This document shows, piece after piece, positions 17,900 to 27,330 of a DNA stretch of 64,000 bases. Location of the stretch: NCBI GenBank assembly GCA_017656135.1, contig JACDOJ010000002.1, forward strand, positions 65,120-129,119. The letters are read 5' to 3'. A program made the translations under genes and the position numbers. The notes under the pieces were generated by a model. The model made no database searches. It was not told the origin of the DNA and saw nothing but the letters and a program-made list of their open reading frames with translations. How positions within the stretch are numbered: position 1 is the stretch's first letter; each line of letters starts with the position of its first letter. This stretch comes from Bacillota bacterium. Its GTDB lineage: Bacteria; Bacillota; UBA5301.

Positions 17900-18697
17900 A
17901 TGGTCATCTATGTGCCTGGCCGGCGCTGGCGGCTTTTGGCCTGCGGCGTTCTGGCTTTAATGGTTCTCTTTTTCCTGCAGGGTTTGGCCTGGCAAGGTGC
18001 GGTCGCCGTTTTCAGCAGGCTGACAGAGAATCGGATTTTGCCTATCTATGAAGTAGATAGACCCGATAAAGCTATCTCCATCTCCTTGGATGCGGTCTGG
18101 GGGGCGGAGTACACCAACTCTTTCCTGGAGCTATTTGAAAAAGAAGGCATCAAGACTACCTTCTTTTTAGGCGGGTACTGGCTGGAAAAATACCCGGAAC
18201 TGGCCCGGAAGATCGTGGCTTCTGGCCATGAGATCGGCAATCACACCTATTCCCATCCCCATCTGAACTCCCTCTCCCGGGAGGAGATCCGGCACGAACT
18301 GGAGCGGAACCACGCTCTGATTGTGGAGATCACCGGGTTCACTCCCACCCTTTTTCGGCCTCCTTTCGGGGAATACAGCAACAAGGTGATTGAAGTAGCC
18401 GAGGCGGTCGGCTACAAAACCATTCAGTGGAGCATCGACTCTCTGGATTGGCGAAACCCTTCGGTGGATTACATTGTCAACCGGGTCATGTCCCAAGTTA
18501 GACCCGGGTCCATAATCTTGTTCCATAACAACGGGGTTAATACCCTGGCAGCTTTAAAGGTTCTCTTGCCGCGGCTGAAGGCCGATGGTTTCCAGATCGT
18601 TCCCATCTCCCAATTAATCTATACTGAAAACTACTGCATCGATGCCAACGGAGTCCAGCGCCGGCTACCCATGGCCCAAAGGGGTGAGGAGCGGTGA
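17900..18697 (+). CDS. pdaB: Polysaccharide deacetylase, PdaB-like
   Basis: PIYEVD, ISLDAVWG, HEIGNHTYSH, FRPPFGEY, WSIDSLDW, ILFHN. Confidence 0.8.
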   Translation: MVIYVPGRRWRLLACGVLALMVLFFLQGLAWQGAVAVFSRLTENRILPIYEVDRPDKAISISLDAVWGAEYTNSFLELFEKEGIKTTFFLGGYWLEKYPELARKIVASGHEIGNHTYSHPHLNSLSREEIRHELERNHALIVEITGFTPTLFRPPFGEYSNKVIEVAEAVGYKTIQWSIDSLDWRNPSVDYIVNRVMSQVRPGSIILFHNNGVNTLAALKVLLPRLKADGFQIVPISQLIYTENYCIDANGVQRRLPMAQRGEER

Positions 18698-19656
18698 AGA
18701 ACAAGTATCTCTTTATTTTTCTGCTCGTAGTTGGCATCTTGATTGGCATTGCCCTACCCGGTGCCATTGACGGCCTGCGCCGGCACTTTTACGGTGCGGC
18801 CCCGGGGGTGCGGGTGGAAGGTTACGCCGTCGGCGGTCTCCTCCCAGAGGAGGTCATGACCGTTTTGGAAGAAGTGGCCAAGAAGGTGGAACGGCCTCCA
18901 GAGAACGCCTATTACGATCCGGACCAGGGCCGGGTGGTCCCAGAGGTGGTAGGCAAGAAATTGAATCGCCAAAAAACCCTGGAGTTGGTGATGGCCGCAG
19001 GCCAAAATGAGCAGGTTTCAGCTGTTCTGGAACCGGTACACCCTCAGGTGACCCACTCCTTCTTTCAGCCGGTCTTTCGCGGGGACTTAAGCCGAAAAGC
19101 CATGGCCTTGATGATCAATGTGGCCTGGGGCAATGAGTACATTCCCCAGATGCTGCGTATTCTAGAAGAGTACCAGGTTAAGGCCACCTTTTTCTTCATC
19201 GGCAGGTGGGTAGAGCGGTTTCCCAGCCTCTTTAACCAGATCGTCGAGGCCGGCCACGAGATTGCCAACCACGGCTACTACCACGGTGAAACCAACAAGA
19301 TGAGCGAAGCCGAGCTTACTCAGTTAATCCTGCAGGGCAAGGAGGCCCTGGAAAAGGCCGGAGCTCAGCCGGCCATGCTTTTTGCTCCGCCGGCAGGGGA
19401 ATACGACAACCGGCTGCTGAGGATAGCAGCCAGCTTAGGGTACAGAACCATTCTCTGGACCTTGGACACCGTGGACTGGAAACGCCCGGCGCCGGAGGTG
19501 ATTGTCGGTCGGGTTGTCCTCAAGGCCCAAAACGGGGCTCTGGTCTTGATGCATCCCACCGAGCCCACAGTGGCTGCCTTGCCCCGGATAATCCAGGGAT
19601 TAACCGAAAAGGGCTTCACTCTCACCACGGTTTCAGATCTGATTGGTGGGCCTTAG
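18694..19656 (+). CDS. Polysaccharide deacetylase, YlxY/SwsB-like
   Basis: ALMINVAWG, HEIANHGY, FAPPAG, WTLDTVDW, VLMHPT; YlxY normally precedes the M16 peptidase. Confidence 0.8.
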   Translation: MKNKYLFIFLLVVGILIGIALPGAIDGLRRHFYGAAPGVRVEGYAVGGLLPEEVMTVLEEVAKKVERPPENAYYDPDQGRVVPEVVGKKLNRQKTLELVMAAGQNEQVSAVLEPVHPQVTHSFFQPVFRGDLSRKAMALMINVAWGNEYIPQMLRILEEYQVKATFFFIGRWVERFPSLFNQIVEAGHEIANHGYYHGETNKMSEAELTQLILQGKEALEKAGAQPAMLFAPPAGEYDNRLLRIAASLGYRTILWTLDTVDWKRPAPEVIVGRVVLKAQNGALVLMHPTEPTVAALPRIIQGLTEKGFTLTTVSDLIGGP

Positions 19657-21008
19657 TACAGGTGAGCTCCAATGACCTCCCAGGTCCTGGGGTCTTCCAG
19701 ACCTAGGCGCCAGAGGGCGATTCCTTTTAATCCGTACTTCTTGACCAGGTCCAGTTTGTACTCTAGGCTCCAACTGGATTCAAACCAGACCTCCCGGATC
19801 ATGCTGCCGGAGACATAGCTGAAGTAGGGCACCTTGTAGGTGGGATGCCACTTGGGCTGAATCCCGTTGTCCCTGGCAATTTTCATCGCTTGAGCGTAGC
19901 TCACCGAACGACCGGGGTTGCCGTTGGTGGGCCAGTCGTACCCGTAGGTAGGCACCCCGAGAATTATCTTTTCTCTGGGGATGGTGCTGATGGCGTATTT
20001 GACCACCTGTTCCACCCAATCGATCGCGGCCACCGGTCCCGGTCGGCCGGTCTTGTAGTGCTGGTCATAAGCCATGATCATCACCCAGTCTGCATACTCT
20101 CCAATGGCTTTATAGTCATAAGCACCCGACCAGCTGTTATTGCGGTCATCCCAGGTCTTGGCCGGAACCGAGATGGTCAAAAGGTACCCTTTGGGCCTGA
20201 GAGCCCAGGAGAGTTCCCGGACGAAGCTGGTGAGATAGTTACGGTCTGAAGGCTTCACCGCTTCGAGATCCAGGTTGACCCCGTCATAGCCGTACTTTTT
20301 CAGGATGTCCAAAATCTGGTTAATGGCCCTGGTCCGGTTTACCTCTTTGGAGAGCAGGTTGTGGGCCACTTGGGTATTAAACCAGTCACCACGGACATTA
20401 TGAACCAAAGCCAAGGTGGTCCTCCCGGCTTTTTTAGCCTGTTCCATGGCCTGCCAGTCGTTGTCACCAAAGATGTTTCCATAACTGTCTACGGTGAAAA
20501 GGAAAGGGGCAACGCCGGTAAGAGTGCTGCCGGCTTCAGCCATGGACCGAAGAGAAGAGTCATCCCCAGGGTAGCTGGTGGCATAATAGCCTATAGTTTG
20601 CAGGCCCGCGGGCACGTGCGGACTGATGATCCTGCCGGGTTCAGCAGGGGTGACCAACCAGTCTGCCACCCATCCGGTCAGATTATCTTGAAAACGCAGT
20701 TTCAGCCAGCCATTGGAGCCGTCTTCCACAGTGGCAGCCTGTCCCCTTTTGGCCTTAGTCAGGGCAGGATAGCTGGTTCCGGGGCCTGTGCGAATGTTGA
20801 CAACATCGCCGGATACCCGCACGTAATCCCCTACTTTGACGGTAACACCGGTGGATAATTCAAAGCGTCCCGAGGCAGAGTTGGCCGGAGCCGGTTCTTC
20901 CAGTCTGGGAACATCGGGCGCCTGAGCTTGGGATCCTCCGCCGAACCCAAAGAGGCTGGCGATATACAGGATTATGGTCAACAGAGAAATCAGCGAGCTC
21001 TGGAACAT
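19653..21008 (-). CDS. Secreted SH3b + GH18 (YaaH/SleL/YdhD-like) glycoside hydrolase
   Basis: VNIRTGPGTSY SH3b; YDGVNLDLE (DxxNxDxE), IMAYDQH, LGVPTYGYDW, LWRLGLED. Confidence 0.9.
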   Translation of the reverse strand: MFQSSLISLLTIILYIASLFGFGGGSQAQAPDVPRLEEPAPANSASGRFELSTGVTVKVGDYVRVSGDVVNIRTGPGTSYPALTKAKRGQAATVEDGSNGWLKLRFQDNLTGWVADWLVTPAEPGRIISPHVPAGLQTIGYYATSYPGDDSSLRSMAEAGSTLTGVAPFLFTVDSYGNIFGDNDWQAMEQAKKAGRTTLALVHNVRGDWFNTQVAHNLLSKEVNRTRAINQILDILKKYGYDGVNLDLEAVKPSDRNYLTSFVRELSWALRPKGYLLTISVPAKTWDDRNNSWSGAYDYKAIGEYADWVMIMAYDQHYKTGRPGPVAAIDWVEQVVKYAISTIPREKIILGVPTYGYDWPTNGNPGRSVSYAQAMKIARDNGIQPKWHPTYKVPYFSYVSGSMIREVWFESSWSLEYKLDLVKKYGLKGIALWRLGLEDPRTWEVIGAHLY

Positions 21009-21252
21009 CTACGGACTCCTTTTGTGATGAATTTTAATATCCGATGAAACCGGTAAAGCTAGTGTAGACGGGTCTTTGCGGCCTACTTTCGTTATTACAA
21101 GGTATTCTAGCTGCAAGAGCTGCTACCTTTAAGTAATATCCGCCTCCAATCCGTGGGATTGACTGTGTTGGCTCCCTAGCCTAAAAGGACCATCATTTGG
21201 TATAATCGTACAGGCAGGTTCACCGATGTTGGAATAGGAAGGGTTGAAGTGG

Positions 21253-22485
21253 ATGCAATACCAGCGCACTGTCCTAGACAACGGCATCAGGATTATCTCC
21301 GAAGAATTGAATCATGTCCGATCAGCATCAATCGGTTTTTGGTTCAGAACTGGCTCCCGAAACGAGCGGCCGGAACAGGCCGGGCTCTCTCATCTCATCG
21401 AACACCTAACCTTCAAGGGGACCGCAAAACGTTCAGCCAAAGACATTGCTGTGGCCTTTGATACCTTAGGCGGCCAGGTCAATGCTGTTACCAGCAAGGA
21501 GTATACTTGCTACTACGCTAAGATTTTAGATGAACACTTCGCCACGGCAGTGGAAGTCCTGGCAGACATGATCCTGAACTCCACCTACCAGGAGGACCTC
21601 CTGGAGCGGGAGAAAGGGGTGGTTCTGGAGGAGATCAAGATGTACGAGGATTCCCCAGATGAGTTGGTGCACGATCTCTTCAACGAGGCGGTCTTCGCCC
21701 ACCACCCTTTAGGGAGGCCCATTCTTGGGACGGAAGAGACCTTACGCAGTTTCAGCCAAGATGATATTTGGGAATACCGAAAAGCACGTTACACCCCTGA
21801 TAACTTAGTGGTAGCCGTTGCCGGCCATGTGGACCACGCTACGGTGGTGAAAGAGGTCGAGAGATACTTCGGTGGTTGGCAGGGGGAGAAAAAAGGTGAA
21901 CCGAAGGATATTCCTCCCTACCGTCCTTCCAATCTCAAGCGGACCAAAGACATCGAACAGGCCCACATCATCCTGGGAGTTCCGGGTTTGTCCCGGGTTG
22001 ACTCCCGAAAGTACGCTCTGTTTCTTTTGGACAACATCTTAGGCGGCGGGATGAGTTCTCGACTCTTCCAAGAACTGCGGGAGGAACGGGGGATGGTCTA
22101 CACCACCTACTCTTACCACGCGGCTTATTACGACTCCGGAGTTTTTGGCGTCTACGCTGGGACCAGCCCGGATAGGGTCGATGAAGTTAGGGCCATCGTA
22201 GAGGAGCAGTTTGCCGACATCGCGAATAATGGAGTTACCGAAGAAGAACTCAGCCGGTCCAAGGAGCAGTTGAAAGGTTCTCTTATGCTGGGTCTGGAGA
22301 ACACTTCCAGCCGGATGGGGCGGCTGGGAAAAGGCGAGCTTTTCGGCGAGACTATTAAAACCCCCAGTGAACTGGTAGAGATTGTCAACAAAATCACCGG
22401 TGAGGAAGTGGCGAAAGTGGCCAGGGAAGTTCTGGCCCAGGAGCTCTCCAGCGCCTTAGTCCTACCGGGGAAAGGGTCAGCTTAA
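21253..22485 (+). CDS. M16 family zinc peptidase (MlpA/YmxG-like)
   Basis: HLIEH (HxxEH), [17 protein letters not shown]; TGnTATAAT upstream at 21198-21206. Confidence 0.92.
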   Translation: MQYQRTVLDNGIRIISEELNHVRSASIGFWFRTGSRNERPEQAGLSHLIEHLTFKGTAKRSAKDIAVAFDTLGGQVNAVTSKEYTCYYAKILDEHFATAVEVLADMILNSTYQEDLLEREKGVVLEEIKMYEDSPDELVHDLFNEAVFAHHPLGRPILGTEETLRSFSQDDIWEYRKARYTPDNLVVAVAGHVDHATVVKEVERYFGGWQGEKKGEPKDIPPYRPSNLKRTKDIEQAHIILGVPGLSRVDSRKYALFLLDNILGGGMSSRLFQELREERGMVYTTYSYHAAYYDSGVFGVYAGTSPDRVDEVRAIVEEQFADIANNGVTEEELSRSKEQLKGSLMLGLENTSSRMGRLGKGELFGETIKTPSELVEIVNKITGEEVAKVAREVLAQELSSALVLPGKGSA

Positions 22486-22940
22486 TGGTGGAATTGGAAG
22501 TACAGGTTCAGGTGGAAGAGGGCTGCGAGGACCTGGGGCTCCCTCAATACATGAGCGAGTCAGCCAGCGGATTGGATTTAAAGGCTGCCGTAGAGGAAGA
22601 CGTGGTTTTGAAACCTGGCCAGTGGAGGTTGATCCCAACCGGCTTGCGTTTGGCCATTCCCCCGGGCTACGAAGGTCAGGTGAGACCCAGGAGCGGTTTG
22701 GCCCTCCGCCATGGGATCACCTGTCTAAACAGCCCTGGCACCATCGATGCTGATTACCGGGGCCCGCTGGGCGTGATTCTTATCAACCTGGGGGAAGAAG
22801 ACTTCGTGATCTCCCGGGGGGATCGCATTGCCCAGCTGGTTTTGACCCAGGTCGTCAAGGCCAAGCTGGTTCCGGTGCTCCGGTTAGAGGAGACCAAAAG
22901 GGGCGCAGGTGGCTTCGGACATACTGGAGTTTCCTCTTGA
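22485..22940 (+). CDS. dut: dUTPase
   Basis: [38 protein letters not shown]. Confidence 0.97.
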   Translation: MVELEVQVQVEEGCEDLGLPQYMSESASGLDLKAAVEEDVVLKPGQWRLIPTGLRLAIPPGYEGQVRPRSGLALRHGITCLNSPGTIDADYRGPLGVILINLGEEDFVISRGDRIAQLVLTQVVKAKLVPVLRLEETKRGAGGFGHTGVSS

Positions 22941-22997
22941 ACCCCTCTCGCCTGCTGTGTTATTATATTTACCCTGCAAAGGAGCGGCGGAGTCAAC

Positions 22998-23204
22998 ATG
23001 GATTTGGAGAAACGCTTGTCCCGGTTAAAGGGAGAGATCTTGGCTATCAAACGGAATTTGGATGTTCAAGGGGACCCGGAAGTTCCGGCGGCCGCAGCTG
23101 ACTCTGGGGCAGTCACGGTCAGCTACAAACTGGACCAATTGATTTCTGAGTATTTACGGCTTAAAGAAAAGATCGATTCCCTGAAGGAGCAGGGTCGTCT
23201 ATAA
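22998..23204 (+). CDS. Small Spo0E-like protein
   Basis: 68 aa, two helices, SYKLDQLISEY resembling SQELDxLIxxY; SigA-like promoter TTGAAC-18-TATTAT at 22937-22966. Confidence 0.55.
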   Translation: MDLEKRLSRLKGEILAIKRNLDVQGDPEVPAAAADSGAVTVSYKLDQLISEYLRLKEKIDSLKEQGRL

Positions 23205-23287
23205 AAAAAGATACAGGCTGCATAAATAAGCCTCCTGCGGGAAGAGTAGGAAGTGTGATTCACTTTTTCCTAAAAGGAGGTTGTTTT

Positions 23288-23761
23288 ATGCCTACAGTAG
23301 TCGGAACGTTTTCCAGTACTAATGATGCTGAACAGGCGGTAGGAGCTCTGAAAGAGCAAGGATTTGACGAAAAGGAGATCTCCTTAGTGGCCAAGGACGA
23401 GGGCCGCGAAGAAGAGAATGAAGGCCTGACTATGGGCCAAGATCTCACCGGCGGCACTGCCACCGGAGGAGCCCTTGGCGGTCTGGCCGGACTCTTGGCC
23501 GGAGCCGGAGCTTTGGCTATTCCGGGAATCGGTCCCATCGTCGCCGCCGGTCCCATTGCTGCCGGGCTCAGTGGAGCAGTAGTAGGCGGTATCGCCGGCG
23601 GCTTGGTTGACTTGGGCATTCCCCAGGAACGAGGCGAGTACTACGAGGAACAAGTGCAAAAGGGCAATATCCTGGTGGCCCTGAAGGCTGAGGATGACCA
23701 AGTGGACCAAGCAGCTAATATCCTCAGGGACTACGGTGCTAAAGACGTCGAGAGTCATTAA
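23288..23761 (+). CDS. General stress protein (YflT/17M-like) with glycine-zipper membrane segment
   Basis: VVGTFSS...AV.AL...GF....ISLVAKD; GGALGGLAGLLAGAGALAIPGIGPIVAAGP; AGGAGG RBS; SigF-like GCATA-14-GGGAAGAGTA at 23220-23248. Confidence 0.8.
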   Translation: MPTVVGTFSSTNDAEQAVGALKEQGFDEKEISLVAKDEGREEENEGLTMGQDLTGGTATGGALGGLAGLLAGAGALAIPGIGPIVAAGPIAAGLSGAVVGGIAGGLVDLGIPQERGEYYEEQVQKGNILVALKAEDDQVDQAANILRDYGAKDVESH

Positions 23762-23787
23762 CCTGATTTAGCGGTCTGATTTTCCGC

Positions 23788-23811
23788 GGGGCTCTTTGTG
23801 GGCCCCTTTTT
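23788..23811 (+). terminator. Intrinsic terminator
   Basis: GGGGCTC-TTTGT-GGGCCCC followed by TTTTT. Confidence 0.75.
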
Positions 23812-23824
23812 GCTGCTTCTTAAG

Positions 23825-23851
23825 AGAGGATTGACCTTCAGTAAAGAGAAT
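23825..23851 (+). promoter_or_regulatory. Putative SigH promoter of dapB
   Basis: AGAGGA, 17 bp, GAAT. Confidence 0.5.
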
Positions 23852-23901
23852 GGTTTACACAGGAATCTTTTCCAGTCTGCCAGAGGAAAGGATGTACGTG
23901 C

Positions 23902-24726
23902 ATGGAAAACCGGATCAAAGTTCTCGTCATAGGTGCCCTCGGCAAAATGGGCAGTGAAGTGGTGCGTACCATCGCTCGCCAACCAGATATGCAGCTGGTG
24001 GGGGCCGTCGGCCGGTCCCATCACGGAGAGGACGTGGGTAAGCTGGTTTTGGGGGAGGAAAACGGGATTGAGATAGACACTGACCTAGAGCGGGCTATAG
24101 CCCAGTCAGAGCCCGATGTGGCTGTGGATTTCACCAGGCCGGAGGGGCTTTTCGCCAGGATCCAGACTCTCTGCCAGGCTGGTGTTTCGCCGGTGGTGGG
24201 AACTACTGGCCTCAGCCAGGCGGAGATTTCTGACCTGAAGGACCTTTGCCAACGCCTGAATATCGGTGCTTTGGTGGCCCCTAATTTTGCCATCGGGGCT
24301 CTGCTTATGATGCGCTTCGCCAAAGAAGCAGCCCGGTTTTTCCCGGCGGTGGAGATCATCGAGTTGCACCATCCCAATAAAGTGGACGCTCCTTCCGGGA
24401 CGGCCATCAAAACCGCGGAAATGATCGTCAATACTAAGCGGCGCGAGGATACTTTCCCCTCCTCCCACGAGTCAGTTCAGGGGGTCCGCGGCGGAGAACT
24501 GGGAGGCATTAGAATTCACAGTGTGCGTCTGCCTGGCCTTGTGGCTCACCAGGAAGTTATCTTCGGCGGTTCGGGTCAGGTCTTGACTATTCGGCACGAT
24601 TCTATGAACCGAGAGTCATTTATGCCGGGGGTGATGTTGGCCATCAGAAAGATTAGGGGGATAAAGGGGCTGGTCTACGGGTTGGAACCACTCCTTGAGC
24701 ACCAGGACACGGCAGAAGGCATATAA
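23902..24726 (+). CDS. dapB: 4-hydroxy-tetrahydrodipicolinate reductase
   Basis: GALGKMG, VDFT, VGTTG, ELHHPNKVDAPSGTA. Confidence 0.97.
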   Translation: MENRIKVLVIGALGKMGSEVVRTIARQPDMQLVGAVGRSHHGEDVGKLVLGEENGIEIDTDLERAIAQSEPDVAVDFTRPEGLFARIQTLCQAGVSPVVGTTGLSQAEISDLKDLCQRLNIGALVAPNFAIGALLMMRFAKEAARFFPAVEIIELHHPNKVDAPSGTAIKTAEMIVNTKRREDTFPSSHESVQGVRGGELGGIRIHSVRLPGLVAHQEVIFGGSGQVLTIRHDSMNRESFMPGVMLAIRKIRGIKGLVYGLEPLLEHQDTAEGI

Positions 24727-24727
24727 T
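24699..24727 (+). promoter_or_regulatory. Putative SigK promoter of dpaAB
   Basis: GCACC, 16 bp, CATATAAT; spoVF is SigK-dependent in B. subtilis. Confidence 0.6.
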
Positions 24728-24761
24728 TAGATAAAGTCGTGGAACGATTGGTGTGAGGATA

Positions 24762-25643
24762 ATGTCTAAACCACTAGCAGGGAGAAAAGTAGCCTTTTTA
24801 GGGGGCGGACTGCGCGAGGTAGAGCTGGCCAAAGCCCTCCAGGACGACGGGGCCGAGGTCCGGGTATCCAGCTTCCAGGCGGCAGGCCAGATTCGCCTGC
24901 CTATGCAGGAGCCCAAGGTGGCTCTCTCTGGGGCCGATGCCCTCATTCTACCGGTCAGCGGAGTGACTGCAGAAGGAATGATCAAAGAGGCCGGCGGTGA
25001 GGAAGGGGTTTATATCATCCCGGAGCTCTTGGCCCTCCTTAAGCCAGGGGCCCCGGTTGTGGTGGGCAAGACCAATCCCTATCTTAGCGAGGCCTTGGAA
25101 AAGGCAGGCTGTAACCTCATTGAACTGGTGGAAGATGATGAGTTTGCGGTACTGAACGCCATTCCCACTGCTGAAGGGGCTTTGGTAGTCGCTATTGAGT
25201 CTTCGGGTATCACCCTCGCCGGCAGCAAGTGTTTTGTCTTAGGTTTCGGCCGGTGTGGGAGAGCCATCTCACGCCGGCTTTTAGGTCTTGGTGCTGAGGT
25301 CCATGTCCTGGAGCGTTCAGGTGTGGGCAGAGCGTTAGCTACCGAGATGGGTGTTAAGGTCCACCCCTTTACAGATATCAAGAAGGAACTGCCCGAGGCC
25401 GACTTCATCTTCAACACCGTTCCCTGTTTAGTCCTAACTACAGATGTTTTAGAGATCCTGAAGAAAGAGGTTTTGATTGTTGATATTGCCTCCGCTCCTG
25501 GGGGAGTGGATTTTGCCGCCGCCAAATCCCTGGGAATTCAAGCGGTATTGGCTCTGGGCCTGCCTGGAAAATACGCACCTAAGACTGCAGGACAGATTTT
25601 AGCCAGAATCGTTCCGCGAAAAATTGCCGAATTTTTCAGGTGA
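24762..25643 (+). CDS. dpaA: Dipicolinate synthase subunit A
   Basis: NAIPTAEGA, GFGRCG, DIASAPGGVDF, GLPGKYAPKTAG. Confidence 0.95.
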   Translation: MSKPLAGRKVAFLGGGLREVELAKALQDDGAEVRVSSFQAAGQIRLPMQEPKVALSGADALILPVSGVTAEGMIKEAGGEEGVYIIPELLALLKPGAPVVVGKTNPYLSEALEKAGCNLIELVEDDEFAVLNAIPTAEGALVVAIESSGITLAGSKCFVLGFGRCGRAISRRLLGLGAEVHVLERSGVGRALATEMGVKVHPFTDIKKELPEADFIFNTVPCLVLTTDVLEILKKEVLIVDIASAPGGVDFAAAKSLGIQAVLALGLPGKYAPKTAGQILARIVPRKIAEFFR

Positions 25644-25661
25644 TTGCGGGAGGTTTCCAGG

Positions 25662-26246
25662 ATGGATCTTGCAGGAGTTAAGATCGGCTTTGCCCTGACC
25701 GGTTCGTTTTGTACCTTTGGTCGGGTTTTCCCTCAAATTGAAAGGTTATTGGAGTTGGATGCCGAAATAATCCCTATTGTATCCAAGGTTGTTAGGGAGA
25801 CGGACACACGCTTTGGGCCGGCTTCCTGCTGGCTGGATCGGCTGCAGAGTTTGACCGGAAGAGCCGTCCTGAGTGAAATCACGGAAGTTGAGCCTTTTGG
25901 CCCCCAGAAACAGCTGGATGTCTTGGTTGTTGCCCCCTGCACGGGCAATACCCTAGCCAAGCTGGCCAATGGAATTGTGGATGAGACCGTGCCTTTTGCC
26001 GTCAAAGCCCACCTGCGTAACGAGCGCCCGGTGGTGTTGGCCGTCTCCACCAATGACGGTTTGGCCGGAAACGCAAAGAATATTGGGTCTCTGCTTAACA
26101 TAAAGAACGTATACATGGTGCCTTTTGGCCAGGACGCTCCGGAAAGCAAGCACAATTCCCTGGTGGCGAAGATGGAGCTGATTCCGGAGACCGTGGCCGA
26201 GGCCTTAGATGGCAGGCAGATCCAACCAGTCATCATCGCATATTGA
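25662..26246 (+). CDS. dpaB: Dipicolinate synthase subunit B
   Basis: GFALTGSFCT, APCTGNTLAKLA, KAHLRNERP, VPFGQD. Confidence 0.95.
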   Translation: MDLAGVKIGFALTGSFCTFGRVFPQIERLLELDAEIIPIVSKVVRETDTRFGPASCWLDRLQSLTGRAVLSEITEVEPFGPQKQLDVLVVAPCTGNTLAKLANGIVDETVPFAVKAHLRNERPVVLAVSTNDGLAGNAKNIGSLLNIKNVYMVPFGQDAPESKHNSLVAKMELIPETVAEALDGRQIQPVIIAY

Positions 26247-26268
26247 TTTCCAGGAAAAGGGGATGTTC

Positions 26269-27309
26269 ATGGGTTATAAGGTAGCGATTGTCGGGGCAAC
26301 CGGCGCCGTTGGAGAGGAATTATTGAAAATTTTGGAACAGCGGTCTTTTCCCATCTCTGAACTTAGGCTCTTGGCCTCAGCCCGGTCGGTCGGAAAGAGG
26401 CTGGAGTTCGCGGGTGAGGAGCTTGAAGTCGAGGAAGCCAGGCCTGAGAGTTTCGCCGGTATCGATATCGCCTTCTTCAGCGCCGGCGGCTCCGTCAGCG
26501 CCAAGCTGGCTCCGGAGGCTGTCAAAAGAGGAACCGTTGTCATCGACAACACGAGCCACTTTCGGTTGGACCCCGATGTTCCTCTGGTGGTTCCCCAGAT
26601 CAACTCCGATGATTTAGAGGGCCACCGGGGTATCATCGCCAACCCTAATTGTTCAACGATCATTATTGATTTGGTACTGGCCCCGATCCTTAAGAAAGCC
26701 GGAATCAAGCGGGTAGTGCTCGCTACCTACCAGGCGGTGTCAGGAGCAGGGGCAAAAGCCATGGCGGAATTGGACCGCCAGGTCAAAGATTATGTGGCCG
26801 GCAGAACTAGTGAGCCTCAGGTGCTGCCCTTTGCCTCGGCAGAAAAGCACTATCCCATTGCTTTCAATCTGATTCCTCAAATCGACGTCTTCCGGGAAGA
26901 CGACTACACCAAAGAAGAGTGGAAGATGGTCAAAGAAACCCGGAAGGTGCTGCACCAACCTGACCTTAGGATAACCGCTACTGCCGTGCGGGTCCCTGTT
27001 TTTAGGTGCCACTCTATCGCTGCCAATGTGGAGACCGTGGAAAGCCTGGAAGTGGCCGAGTTGAAGGAACTTCTGGCTTCAGCTCCCGGTGTGACAGTCA
27101 TGGATGATCCTGCCCGGCAGGTTTACCCCATGCCGACGGAACTCAGCGGCCGAGACGATGTCTACGTGGGCCGGATCCGCAAGGACAATTCCACGGAAAA
27201 CGGGTTTAACCTCTGGGTTGTGGGGGACCAGATTCGCAAGGGCGCGGCGCTCAATGCTGTGGAGATCGGAGAGGAGCTGGACCGCAGGGGTCTGGTTCGC
27301 GTCGGCTGA
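26269..27309 (+). CDS. asd: Aspartate-semialdehyde dehydrogenase
   Basis: GATGAVG, IANPNCSTI, TYQAVSGAG, DQIRKGAALNA. Confidence 0.97.
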   Translation: MGYKVAIVGATGAVGEELLKILEQRSFPISELRLLASARSVGKRLEFAGEELEVEEARPESFAGIDIAFFSAGGSVSAKLAPEAVKRGTVVIDNTSHFRLDPDVPLVVPQINSDDLEGHRGIIANPNCSTIIIDLVLAPILKKAGIKRVVLATYQAVSGAGAKAMAELDRQVKDYVAGRTSEPQVLPFASAEKHYPIAFNLIPQIDVFREDDYTKEEWKMVKETRKVLHQPDLRITATAVRVPVFRCHSIAANVETVESLEVAELKELLASAPGVTVMDDPARQVYPMPTELSGRDDVYVGRIRKDNSTENGFNLWVVGDQIRKGAALNAVEIGEELDRRGLVRVG

Positions 27310-27330
27310 AACTGAGTGAGGTTTCAGAAA

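Noticed and set aside
21045-21100. Canonical c-di-GMP-I riboswitch on the minus strand
   Set aside because: The 5' GGYAAA strand and full P2 stem are missing and P3 is too short; kept only as an uncertain finding.
23440-23620. GCCGG-rich quasi-repeats
   Set aside because: These are codons of a Gly/Ala glycine zipper, not a DNA repeat or CRISPR array.
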